Shown here piece after piece: positions 47,896-60,064 of a stretch of DNA of 64,000 nucleotides. Location of the stretch: assembly GCA_951804945.1 (NCBI GenBank), contig OX638151.1, positions 69,626,001 to 69,690,000 on the forward strand, in the 5' to 3' direction. A program made the translations under genes and the position numbers. Below the pieces are notes generated by a model that saw only the letters and a program-made list of their open reading frames with translations, made no database searches and had not been told where the DNA came from. This DNA comes from Podarcis cretensis (lineage: Eukaryota). The first letter of the stretch is position 1; every line of letters begins with the position of its first letter.

Positions 47896-48311
47896 AGGTA
47901 AAGGTAAAGGTACCCCTGCCCATACGGGCCAGTCTTGACAGACTCTGGGGTTGTGCGCCCATCTCACTTAAGAGGCCAGGGGCCAGCGCTGTCCGGAGAC
48001 ACTTCCGGGTCACGTGGCCAGCGTGACATCGCTGCTCTGGCGAGCCAGAGTCGCACACGGAAACGCCGTTTACCTTCCCGCTGGTAAGCGGTCCCTATTT
48101 ATCTACTTGCACCCGGAGGTGCTTTCGAACTGCTAGGTTGGCAGGCGCTGGGACCGAGCAGCGGGAGCGCACCCCGCCGCAGGGATTCGAACCGCCGACC
48201 TTTCGATCGGCAAGTCCTAGGTGCTGAGGCTTTAACCCACAGCGCCACCTGCGTCCCTCGGCTGGAAGAGGCGCCTGCCGGCGCGCGGCTGCCCGCCGCC
48301 TGGCGGGGAGC
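47896..48311 (-). mobile_element. Full-length Sauria SINE (47896-48257) plus 54-nt 5' extension, within a 12-bp TSD
   Basis: Minus-strand head GGGACGCAGGTGGCGCTGTGGGTTAAA, B box GGTTCGAATCC, (ACCTTT)n tail; TSD ACAGTGCCCTTA at 47884-47895 and 48312-48323. Confidence 0.92.
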
Positions 48312-49516
48312 ACAGTGCCCTTAGTCACCCTAAAAACAAGACTGCAGAGGTGAAATAAGACATTGCAATCTAATTATACTGGTGGCAATGTATATTGATG
48401 AATTTGTGTGGAGGGTTCTATTCTGAAGTAGGCAATCGGTATTCATGAGCTTCCAGAGTCTCCCTGCTCTATGGTTGCACATTTCTACAACTTTCCTAGA
48501 TGACGATGCTGTGCAGTTAAATATTTGGAATGGTTTCCTTTCTTTTAGTAGCCATAAGCTCCTGAACTCTAGTTTGGTTTCTATGGGAAACAGTGGCCAT
48601 AAAACTGATTTGTATCACAGATGCATGAATATAACACAACTAATTATTCATCAGCTGCACTAGAAACTAGTATAAAAAAGTTATGGGCCTCTTTCTTTGT
48701 TTTCCTAAGTTTTCAGATGCTTTGACTGCTGCTAGTGCTAACCAGCCTGCCCTGTTTCGTTACTGCCCAGTTATTTTCCTCTGCATTCATATGATCTCTG
48801 GTTTATAGCTATAGTAAAATCAAACAACCGATGTACTTAAAATTGATGAGAAGTAGAAAGTAAATATACAAGCCCATTGAATGACATATATTTGATGACT
48901 GCGACCTGCAAAGGGCTGCATCTAATGCACAGCTGGACTGGCATTTGCAGAGCACCCCAAGGAAAAAGGTTTCGCTGTTGTCTTTTGAAAAAACAAAAAC
49001 TGTATATTGACTTTCTCTCAACTGGCCTTCTCTTTCCTTGCTCTCCATTCCAGGAAAAGATAAAAACGCACACCCCTGGCCTAGTTGGTAATTAATCAGA
49101 GGGAGTAATCTGCCAGATGCCTGTAATTACTTACTTTTTTTCAGAATAGCTATGAGATCTTCCTGCCCTGCATCCTTCCCATCCTTTGTGCCACTTACTG
49201 GAGATGAGAGATGCCCCATCCATCTCAGAGGAGACTGAGGCATAAGGAAGCCTTGGATGCTTCTGCCAGCCGCACTGATCTTCTGCCTTTATCTCCCACT
49301 AAGTAGGATTCATTTTATCAAATGACGCCCAACAGTGCCTAAGAAACCGCATGATGAAAACAGCACAACTTTCACTGCCAAATGTTTTAAACCTAGGGGG
49401 TTATCAGTCTTATTTAAGAATCATTTCATCCCTTCAAAGCAGAAATGAACAGAACAATCCAAACCATGCCTACTCAGAAGTAAGTCTCATTGAATTCAGT
49501 GGAGCTTACTCCCAGG

Positions 49517-49774
49517 CAGTACTTTTTCCTGACAAAACTGACCAGTACTCAATACCAGTACCTTTTTTTGCTTCCAGTCCACCCCCCTTTGTGAGGGGAG
49601 TGTTTTTGCCACCTCGTAGCTCCGTGAAAGGGAGTTATGAGGTGGCAAAAACACTCCCCTCACAAAGGGGGATGGAGTGGCAGCAAAAAAAGGTACTGGT
49701 ATTGAGTACTAGTCAGTTTTGTCCCCTTTGTGAGGGGAGTGTTTTTGCCACCTCATAACTCCCTTTCACGGAGC
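49517..49774. repeat. Palindromic MITE-like element (93-bp arms) with an extra exact inverted copy; right end missing
   Basis: 49531-49623 pairs with 49631-49723 (6 mismatches, 7-nt loop GTGAAAG); 49723-49774 is the exact reverse complement of 49619-49670. Confidence 0.85.
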
Positions 49775-50021
49775 CAGTGTGGTGTAGTGGTTAAGAGCGA
49801 TAGACTTGTAATTTGGTGAACGAGGTTCGCGTCTCCGCTCCTCCACATGCAGCTGCTGGGTGACCTTGGACTAGTCACACTTTTCTGAAGTCTCTCAGCC
49901 CCACTCACCTCACAGAGTGTTTGTTGTGGGGGAGGAAGGGAAAGGAGAATTTTAGCCACTTTGAGACTCCTTCGGGTAGTGATAAAGTGGGATATCAAAT
50001 CCAAACTTCTTCTTCCTCCTC
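49770..50021 (+). mobile_element. Squam3-type tRNA-derived SINE
   Basis: GGAGCCAGTGTGGTGTAGTGGTTAAGAGC head and a body highly similar to 37005-37298; short CTT/CCT tail. Confidence 0.85.
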
Positions 50022-51401
50022 TGGGTAGGAGATGGGCTTTGTAGATTATCACATCTTTGGTGGACAATTTGAGGTGGGCAGCAGTCACCCACCAAAGGAG
50101 ATTCCTCCTTTCTTCATTGTCTTTCACAGCATTGACATTGCTGCCTGAATCTTGTGGAGATTTTAACTACAGGGTTAGAAGCTATAATGCAGCCGACAAG
50201 CAGGAGAAGATGTAGATGGACCATAGGAGACAAAATACTGCAAACATAATAGGACTGTCTTGACAACCAATTATTGTCTGGCTGCAAGGAGGTAGACAGA
50301 GCCTGTGTATAGTCACAGAAGATATGAAATTATTGCAAGATAAACTCAAAATACCATTGCAGTGGTTGTTTTTCTTTTCTTTTTAAAAATATTGCAAGCG
50401 TACTGACTCCTTTGTTATTTCTTGACAAGACATTAAATAAAATTCTCCACTGCAGTCTAAGTGGCTTTTTAAAATCATCTGTTCTTTCAAAGGCTGTTTA
50501 TTACAAAGGTAACTGATTTATTCTGGGGCCATTCAAGAAGGAAACGCACACAAAGAAGCCAATTAGATTGCAGGGTAATGATAAAGGACGTCTCTTTCTC
50601 CAAGATAAATCAAAGGCAGAGCTCGTTTTCAATGTCCTGCGTTTTCATTAGCTTCTATACACTAATGTACCTCAACAGGGATGCTTTTTATTTATTTTGC
50701 CCTAAATGTCTTCCTGCAGGGACAGGTGTAGAGAGATGTGAGCAAATGGTAAATTCGGAGGCTAAATCATCCTCAAAGTCTGAGTCATTTGGCATAAGGC
50801 AAAGGTCTCATTACCATTTGTGAATCTATTGCAATAAGAAACATATTTGTTGCTGGATATGACAAGAAGGAAGCTTCCCTCTGGTGCATCTCCTCTACTT
50901 CACGTGCTTTTAGTCTGAAACTCGCTCCCACCCATATTTTATAGTTTTAATTTAGTAATATGGGAGGCATATGCATACAAAATAACAAAGGGACCTTTAA
51001 TATTTGGATGGCTTAAGGCTATGTGTAGCATCTTGGGAGCACAGCCAATAATGTATAGATGGGAAAGTGCTGTTCCAGAATAAACAAATAAATTATGAAG
51101 AATTCCCATTGAAAAATGAAACTGTGCTTATGAAGAAATGCCTTAATATTCTCCTGCAAGATACCTGTGAGTGGAAAGGCAGAACTCAGAGGTCTCCAAT
51201 GGAAAGTATGGGACTTGAAGACGTCCTCTCACATGTGAACACCATCTGCCTGAGAAGCAATATGTAGGGAGAAATGGACCAGTGGGAGTTGCTGTCAGAC
51301 AAAAATCAAACTGGATTGCAAACTTGGTTGTTCAGGAGATTAAACTGCCCTAGGAAGCAATCCAAATCTAAAATCTGCCAGGGTGAACAGAGTTTGGAAT
51401 A

Positions 51402-51639
51402 CAGTTGTACCTTGGATCCTGAACACCCTGGGACTCAGACATTTTGGCTCCTGAATGCTGCAAACCCAGAAGTGATTGTTCCGGTTTGTGAGCCTTCTTT
51501 TGGAACCCGAACGTCCAACGGGGCTTCCACAGCTTCTGATTGGCTGCAGGAGCTTTCTGCAGCCAATCAGAAGCCGCAATTTGGTTTTTGAACATTTTGG
51601 AAGTTGAATGGATTCCATTTGACTTCCAAGGTACGATTG
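51402..51639. mobile_element. pogo/Tigger-like MITE with internal 18-bp perfect inverted repeat
   Basis: TA flanks; TIRs CAGTTGTACCTTGGA / TCCAAGGTACGATTG. Confidence 0.8.
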
Positions 51640-52699
51640 TAGTTAGATCTGTGGCTGAGCCTGGGTCCAATGGGGACCATGCCGGCTGAAATCTCCCCGT
51701 TTCAGCTCAGTCAAATATATATTCTCTGAAGTCCTCAGGGATCACCAAGACTTCTGATTGTCCCACTGCTTCCATACACCAGCCCCCCCCCCAGGGTAAC
51801 CTGATATTGACCACTGAATAAGAGCAAATGTCATCCGGGTTTCCTGCAGATTGACGTTTGCTCTCATTCAGTGCTAATGAGTGGGTTTTCTTGGGGAAAA
51901 CCAAACTATACTTAAAAGGTTTGTTTTCTCTCTGCTAGACTTGGGCCAATGTAGCCAGCAGTAGCACCTCTCCTGTATAGAGTTTTGGACAAGGGTAAGT
52001 TACACCAGCATAATTTACCCTGCTGTAAATTACACTGGCATCTTATAGTTTGGATTGTTCTGCCCATCTGTAGCATGAGGTGATGGTTTGGGTTGATCTG
52101 AACATTTTTTGGTAAACGTATCCCACAGTCAATCTGTGTGAGGGTGTGTTTTGCTCAGTCCATTTAATCTCTTTATGGAATAATGTGTGCAGTGTATTCA
52201 GGGTGTTATTGTGAACTGGGCCCACTGTTTATACACGTAATTACTCACCCTTATGCTTCTCACATGGTATGCAACATTTGGAAAACTATCTACAATGAAT
52301 GGCTTGAGAACTATCTCATGTAATTCTGCCAGCCTCTTCTCCCATCACCTTAAATAATTCACAAGCAATTTAATCACTTTTGTTATTGCACTTACATTTA
52401 TACAGCACAGCATTATACAAGTGGAGATGCATGGGAAAACATTTTGAATCATAGAGGGCCTTATAGTCCATGTAATCCAAAGTCCTACTTGATATTAGCT
52501 GGATGCCACATGTCTCACTCTTGATAAACTGTGCTTGACAAAATTACCCTTTCTCGAGATCTATTAGGAGCCCTGATCTCTATTTCATCTAGCCCCATCA
52601 TTGTGCCATACTGAAACCAGGTCCATACATATTGCATTAGATCATTTTTGATTCCTTCAGCTCTTTGATTTGCAAACTGTGTTAGATGCTGATGTTATA

Positions 52700-53035
52700 C
52701 AGACATACCTCAGAGATGTTGCAGGTTTGGCTCCAGACCACAACAATAATGTGAATATTGCGTTAAAATGAGCCGTACAATTTTGTTTGCTTCCCAGTGC
52801 ATATAAAAGTTACGTTTAGACTATACTGTAGTGTATTAAGCCAGCCTCTGCTCCCTGGCTTCAGTGGCGGAATGGGAAAAGCCAGGCTGCAGCCCAGCCA
52901 GCTTCACTCCTGTGGCCAGAAGACGGGTGGCAGCAGGGGCTTCCTTCCCCTGGAAGTGGCCGGACTGCCTGCAGCTGCACCTATGTCCTTGGGAGGCGCA
53001 ATAACTGCAAAGCGCAATAAAATGAGGTATGCCTG
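52700..53035. mobile_element. Non-autonomous Tigger1-like element
   Basis: TA flanks; TIRs CAGACATACCTCA / TGAGGTATGCCTG; TTCCCAGTGCATATAAAAGTTACGTTTAGACTATACTGTAGTGTATTAAG and GCAAAGCGCAATAAAATGAGGTATGCCTG closely match the recalled mammalian Tigger1 ends. Confidence 0.8.
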
Positions 53036-56000
53036 TACTTGCTATCATTGTGTCAATCAGGAGTTAGGGAAATGCACTATGCAACAGCAAAAACTCCTAC
53101 AGAAAACTGTATCTACTGTAATTATAAAGACAGGGACAAGGAAATGTGAAACTTGCAACAGAGACCCCAATCTTCCTGGCAATGGTAACTTCTAGACTGA
53201 CTCCTACTTATTGTTTTAAGAGTCCTTTCGCCTCCCCACAAGCTTTCTATGGAAATAAGCTGGTGCCAGCCAACTTCTCATTGATTCTGACTTAATCAAG
53301 ATGTAATGGAACACTTTGGATGATAAGGTCTATTAGCACTCAAGCCCAATTGATGTAATGGCAAAACCAATTCTCTTCATTATTTTTAGAAGATGTCACG
53401 AGGGTTATCAGCTTCATCTTATCTGCTTGGAGATATACACATCTATCTCGGTGGTAAATATTAAGAGTGTGCATGTACTTACTTCAGACCCCAATTTGGC
53501 AGTGGAGAAGCAGCTTACCTCTGTCTTAGCTGTTTGGTAGGCTGCCCAATTCAACTGGGGTCCATCTGAGTCTGATTCCCATCACCCCCACTCCACTCCC
53601 TTCACTACTGGGAAATGAAACATTTTAAAAAGCTACAATTTATTTATTTATTTATTTTGGTCAGAAATGGATGGTATTTGCAGGAATACTTGCCATTCCA
53701 GAGTCAATAAAGCCTGTCCAATTACGAGCAAGGCCCAGGGTTTGGTTGTTTTTTATGGTAGACAACTTTAAAGTTTGATTTTTAAATAAATTTTGCTTTA
53801 TTATTTTTGGGTGGAATTGGGGAAATGTGTAAGCCAGGACACCCCCTTCTCAATGGATGAATCTTGCTGGAATTCAGAAGGATATCTGTAGTGGTTTGGC
53901 TGTTTAAAAAAGGACCAACTCTTCTCTTTTTTTGAGGGCAATTTGCCTGAAAATTACAAGCATGAGAGAGGTGCCCCGGGGTAAGAAATCTGCCAAATGT
54001 TCAGATAAGTAAGTCTGAGAGCTTTTGTGCTAGGCATGTTTGATTTTGGAATAGGAAGGATGGATCAACCAGGAAAACCATCCTCTCCGATTACAAGCTA
54101 GGCGTGTCAGTTATGAAGGATTTCCCCCTTCCTCCTTGCCTCCTGGCATCTTCCTTAAGCTTACATGTGTGTTGCTCTTGCAAAGCTGCTCCCTTCCCCA
54201 ACGGTCTGGGATTGGAGAATACTGGCAAAACAATTCCATCTGATTACTAGCTAGACTTGCCAATCACAATAGAGTTCCCCCTCCAAATCTTGGTGTTTGC
54301 TAGAGACATAAGTTTCAGTTTCGTAAAGCCGGTCCCTCTCTCCCTCTCCCTCTACATCCTGGCATTATATGATAAGTTCAGAGACACAGATTTGCTTTTT
54401 GCAAACACTTGTCTGCAGAGGTTTTTTGGCATCCAGGCTGCCAAGGAGCCATGAAGTGCTTCAAGGGATTTCTGTTTTGACTTGGGGTGCCAAGTATGGA
54501 TCCCACTTTGCCTTAGAAGCCAATAATCTCTCTGAGACATTCACTACAGCTTAGCATTCAGAATTCATCAAAAGCCAGCACACACCCCTAGTAAATATTG
54601 TCGCTCACTACATTGAAAATGATGCCCTTTTGCTTTGAACAAACAGCTGGAAGCAATTTCCCAGACAAATCTCAGCAAGTGGCCTAAACTCAAAATGGAG
54701 GAATATGATATTAATGATATCTGGAGGCACAGGGTGACTATTAAAGAGAATAGCACTATAACTAAAACATTGCATTGCATAAAACACTCGCCGTTTTGCA
54801 CAATTTATTACCGCCTTTTATGAGTGCCAGTACATTTCTCAGGGTTTACAATACATTATTGTTCAAAGTGCTTTTTATGGGATTATTGAATTGTTCTGGA
54901 GATGAGACAGCTTTGGAAGGCAATTAGGTAGCATAAATCAGCAGGGGACCAACCTTTAATGAAGGGCATATTACTAAGCTGACCATCTCAAAGATCTTCC
55001 AAGATAGAAGGTTAACACTGAGGCCAAAGACATAAATTATCTTGTATCATGTATGCTCTTGTGGGAAATAAGGTGGCTGTTGAGTCCTCGATACAGAAAG
55101 TGGCATGCCTAAGTTTCCAAGACACAGGCCAGGAGCCCATACATCTCTGAGAGAGACAGAGCTATATAAATGGGCAGAGCTAGATTTCACTGGTTCTGGG
55201 GAAATCTATGGAACTCTCTTGTTGAGGTCAAAAGAGCAGATGCTGTTGGACTCAAACTCTCATGATCACCAGCCAGCATGGCTAATCACTAGGGGGGATA
55301 GGAGTTGTGGTCCAGCAACAAAGGGAAGACCACAGCTTCTTTAGGTGCTCAGTCATTCGTATGGGCTCCTATGATCCTTTCAGCAGAAATTTGCTGACTG
55401 TGACCTTGAAAGCCATTGATGGCTTTGACCTGCCTATCTAAGATAGCCTGCTCTCTGCATGGCCTGTGAAGTGCCAGGAGACCCAAACAGGGAGTCCTTG
55501 CAGCCACGTTTTGGCAACGTATCTCCTGCAACACTGAAACAGCAGATTATCTAAAGGAATGGCAAATTTGACTGTAATGCCCCACCTAAGTAGCATTAAA
55601 GGCCACTTCAACTGACTCGCTACCTTGCTACGTAGCTTGGGGAGCCAATGCAACTCCACTTAGCCCATCGATGCCTCACCCTGAGGTGTCTAAGCCACTT
55701 GTTTCCTGGTGAGAATGTCATGCTGGCCTGAGTGCTTTCTCTCCACACACTGCCTATGAAAATCACCATCTGAATGGGCCTCAGCCTTACAGGAGAAGAG
55801 AACAACTACTGTATGTACAGGCAGGGCTGAAATGGACTGGTGTGGTTTTTCCACAAAGGAGCAAGTTGCTTCACCCCGCTATGTGGCAGGTCTGGCCCTG
55901 TTATTTCTGCGTTATTGGAAAATGAGAGAGAAATTAATTTGTACGACTAATCATATCTGCCAGCTACACATTTTCTGAATTTTTTTAATGTACTTTCTTT

Positions 56001-56410
56001 CTAGTCCAAAACCCCAAGGAAGAGAAAATGTAGGCTTCATATTAGCAATATGAAACCTAATAAGAAGACTCTTGGGAGGCAAGCAGAGACATCTTGCAGT
56101 TCTGTAGGAAAGAAAGGATCTCTGGAGTCACGGAGAGGGGCTTGTTAGCATCTGGACAAATAAGGGTTATTTTACAGAATCCTCCATTCGCCCACACACT
56201 CCAGCATTCTTATACTAAAGCAATTCTCTGACGCTTTTTTCCTTTTAAACTCATTAGCACCAGACCAATTTTCTCAAAGATTATTCTCTTTCATTCTAAA
56301 TTCTCTTTCAAACAGCACTTCTCGCCTACTGGAAGGATGTGTAGGCTGCCGTCCTATAAACAGTTACTTGGGAGAAAGTGTCATTGAACTTAATGGGATT
56401 TACTTCTGAG

Positions 56411-56837
56411 GAGGGATAGGGAAGAAATTCAGTTCTCCTAATTTGCGCTTTCTGAAACACTACGAGAATTTAAACACAGCCATCTTTAGAAAGTCACACT
56501 CCTCTGAATTTTGTAATGTATTTTCCCATCAAAGTATTGTGTGTTGAAATGCATATACTGTGGGGAAGCATGCACAAAAGTGCATATATTGGTGAAAATA
56601 ACACACAACAAAATGCCTTATAGTTGGAAAAATATGCTTTGCAAAAATGTGCATATTGGGCACATTACACACAAAAATATGGATATTAGCAGAAAATTGC
56701 ACTAAAATGCTGATGGATTTTCATGAGGACTTAAAAAAATAATAATTTGTGAACTGATGTGGAAATGTGAAGATATGCCCTTCAGTCTGAACAAAATGAG
56801 AAACAGAAAAAGCAAATTGACAGAGTCACCTCCCTTG
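56411..56837. mobile_element. hAT-type MITE inserted into an older palindromic element (56345-56868)
   Basis: Ends GAGGGATAGG / CACCTCCCTTG; TSD CTTCTGAG (56403-56410) vs CTTCCGAG (56838-56845); related copy at 59815. Confidence 0.6.
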
Positions 56838-58089
56838 CTTCCGAGTAGGATCCTTGCCTAGGATTGCATAGTTAATTGTTCAGTCTACGGACTATGTTGA
56901 ACTGAGGCTTAAGATTTGTTTCTAATAATTAGCCAGGGTTAATTTTGAAAAATGAGTCAGATTAAGACCAAGGCAAAGGGCTTAGGGATTATACTGCAGG
57001 CAAAAAGGAAAACCTGTAGGGATATTTTGAATAATTTTTGCAGGGGCCTCTTTAGGTAAGTTTTCAATAAACAAAAAACAGTAACATTGACTTACTGTCA
57101 ATATTAATTACCCATTGTGTATATAACACACACTAATAATAAAAGTGAGAATCCTCAAACACACCTGCTCTGTATCTTCCTAACTCATGAAGGAAGGAAG
57201 GAAATTGCTTTGGTTAAGGAAACTGCCATACCGACAATTACCCACCTGTTCTCAATTTAAATGGTGTTGATTACAAAGTTAACACAATTACATTTCAGAT
57301 GTAAATTACAGTCTCCTGTTTTTTTTATGTGCACTTAGACTGTTGTTGGCACATGATCTAGGGAAGGGAAGGACATTAGGTGATTTTAAAGGGGAATTGC
57401 TATAGTTCACAAGGGGTTGGGGAAGAGCCTTCGAATCCTGTGGGAGTTACAGAGGTATTGTAGAAATATAAGCATACAGTAAGGGCTGTATTATGCTCCT
57501 CTGTGCTACACCATAGCTACCTTAAAACTAGTAGTTCAGCACTCTGGGCAAAACAGACTATTTAGGCTTTTTGTTACATATTTGAATGACTCTTTTTTGT
57601 CAGAAGAAACATGAGGCAGCCTACAAAGTGGTTTGCAATTGTGTACATGTGAGGATAGGTGCTCCTGCCAAAAAACTCCTGTTGCCACCTGAGCTGAGAA
57701 AATGCAGTGCCTCTGGATTGCATAGTTAAATAGAAATACTACTTACAATATGCCAAGAATTATGATGTATACGGTTCAAAAAAGAATCTACTCATTGTCT
57801 ACCTAAGATTTACCTTATCATTTTAGTCAGATTGAAACTTGGTTTTCAACACTTTTCTAAAATGTCCTGAAAGTTTTTGGTAGGAAAATTACCAACTTTT
57901 CATTGCCCATCTTTGGAAAAACCAAAAAGCAGAAGGCCAGACTTGGGTTGTGATGAAGTCTTGTAACAAAGTACATTATACGTAAAGGAGTAGGCTGCAG
58001 AAGGGATATCAAAATTGTTAAGATTGGATATTGGCCAAAATATCCTCTCCAGAAGTCCTTTTTTATTATTATTGTGCATTGTGATGATT

Positions 58090-58390
58090 TGTGCAACCAG
58101 TAAGGGGCAACCCAAATAGTGAAAGTGATGGAGCAACTCGCATATGAGTAAAGGCATTAGGGACTTTTTAATTTAGAGAAAATGTAAGTGATATGGTAGA
58201 AGTTTATAAAATTATACATGTCATGGATAAAGTTGGTAAAGAAATGTTTTCCTCCCTCTCACATAACACTTCAACTTGTGGACATACAATGAGGCTGCAT
58301 GATGAAAGTTCATCACAGAAAAAGAAAGCACTTCTTCACTCAGCATGTAGTTAAACTATGATATTCATTCCCACAGAAGGCAGTGATGGC
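58090..58390 (+). mobile_element. CR1 LINE ORF2 C-terminal fragment (decayed)
   Basis: GATATGGTAGAAGTTTATAAAATTATA (DMVEVYKII) and CACTTCTTCACTCAGCATGTAGTTAAACTA (HFFTQHVVKL), both typical CR1 ORF2 end motifs. Confidence 0.8.
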
Positions 58391-59814
58391 AGCATGTCAA
58401 ACTGAACCTGAACAATCTATGCAAATCTCCCAATTGCTCTCTCAGCCCAGCATAACTTGGTTATGTCGGCCATTTTGCTAAGCAGTAAGGAGAATTTTAT
58501 AACACATCAAGGGCAGTATAGTAATCTAATGGGTCTATGATGGTATTCCGCTATTGCCTCAAAGACTGAAGTGATGTGTAAAACTGCAAGTGATATAGAA
58601 TCTTGCCTATACTCTTCATAATTTTGAATAGTGCTTTGAGTAGAAGTTCCTCAGATGATCTAAGTGATCTAACAGGTCTATATAGGGGAAAGTGGTATTT
58701 CAGATACATTTGCCCTGCTATGGATTTTATGACAACTAGGTTCAGCTTTGGGGGTTTTTTGCCTCTTATTTGTATGCCAACTTTTTGATATCACTGCTGA
58801 AATATGTTCACTTCCCTATTTCTTCTGATCAGTTTGTATCTGTGTTACATTAAAACCAGCAGGGTCACCCCTGCTTCCTTTTTGCCACCAGCTGCTCTTT
58901 AAACTGGCTATCGTTTTGTGCCTTGGCTTCATTTATATTTTTCATTTTCTTGCAGTAGGGGGCAGTCCTCCTCTAATAAATCTCACAGTGGAGAATTTGC
59001 GAGACTGAGGCACAGGAAGAGGCAAATATTAGAAGATATGATTCCTGTTCCTTCAGGTTATTTTCTTACCCTTGGGTGGCACTAAAACAGGAGGGCTGGA
59101 GAGGCTTAAAAATAAAAAAAAAAGTATAGGGAAATTTAGAGTTAGAATTTTGGAGTCCACCCAGCCAAGACTAGTGCTAAAATAGATGACTCCCCATGAA
59201 ATCTTTTCAGGATAATGAACATGACTTTTCCGAGACTGGCTGCTCTTTTTATGTGGAGAGATTTCTGTTACCGATAGCGAAGACTTGGATTGGGAGGATG
59301 CTGACTTCTCAGGGACCACATGCAAACTCTATTGACACAAATAAGTGAGGTAAATTGTTGAAGAATTCCCAGTTGCATTACACTATGCAGCTGACATTTC
59401 CCCACACACAAAGTTCACCAGACTGAAAGGTCTGTTGCTCTTTCATTTTAAAACCTCCCTTTCTCTCCCACTGAGCTACCCATACTGTGATATCTGTAAA
59501 AGGCAAAGAGCTCATTCACTCAAGTTGGGTGCTAAAACAGACGGAGCGTCTTGCATCTCCCTCCCTGATTTAAAAGTTGGAAAGTCATCCCGATTTTTAC
59601 TGACTTTTATTTAACATTAAAGCCCAGTCAAGCTCGCACTGGTTTTAGTTATGTGATGTACATAAAATGCAGCATAACCTGTGAAGTTTTGAGAGCTGAG
59701 GTGAGCTGTCGTTGATTGAAGAGATTGCTCTGTTTTTTAGGTATTCAGTAACAGGGTTCCAATTTCTCATCAATTAATATCACTGTGGAAATAACTGTGT
59801 ATTTTGACAGTCAC

Positions 59815-60014
59815 TAGAGATGGGTGAAATTCAATTCAGCTCGTATTTCAAGGCAAGCTTACCTAATCCACACTTTCTGAAATATGTGAGCTGATAATGT
59901 ATTAGGGGAAATGACCATAAAAACATGTATATATTTTCATGGAAACTTATTAATTTAAAAAAAAAAATCCCAAAGAAAGCATGTGGAAATGGGGCAAAAC
60001 TGAAATTAAGACTA

Positions 60015-60051
<37 letters not shown>

Positions 60052-60064
60052 CAATGGACAGATC
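59815..60064. mobile_element. hAT-type MITE, family of 56411-56837, with internal (AATC)9 at 60015-60050
   Basis: TAGAGATGGGTGAAATTCAATTCAG start; shared CACTTTCTGAAA, TTTTCATG, TGTGGAAATG and GACAGA motifs. Confidence 0.55.

Noticed and set aside
57030-57065. + strand TTTAG|GTAAGT as a recursive splice site
   Set aside because: The pyrimidine tract is short and is preceded by a competing CAG and a G run.
58930-59062. Possible + strand exon after TTTTCATTTTCTTGCAG
   Set aside because: The donor (CAG|GTTATT) is weak, the peptide is not recognisable and there are no partner exons.
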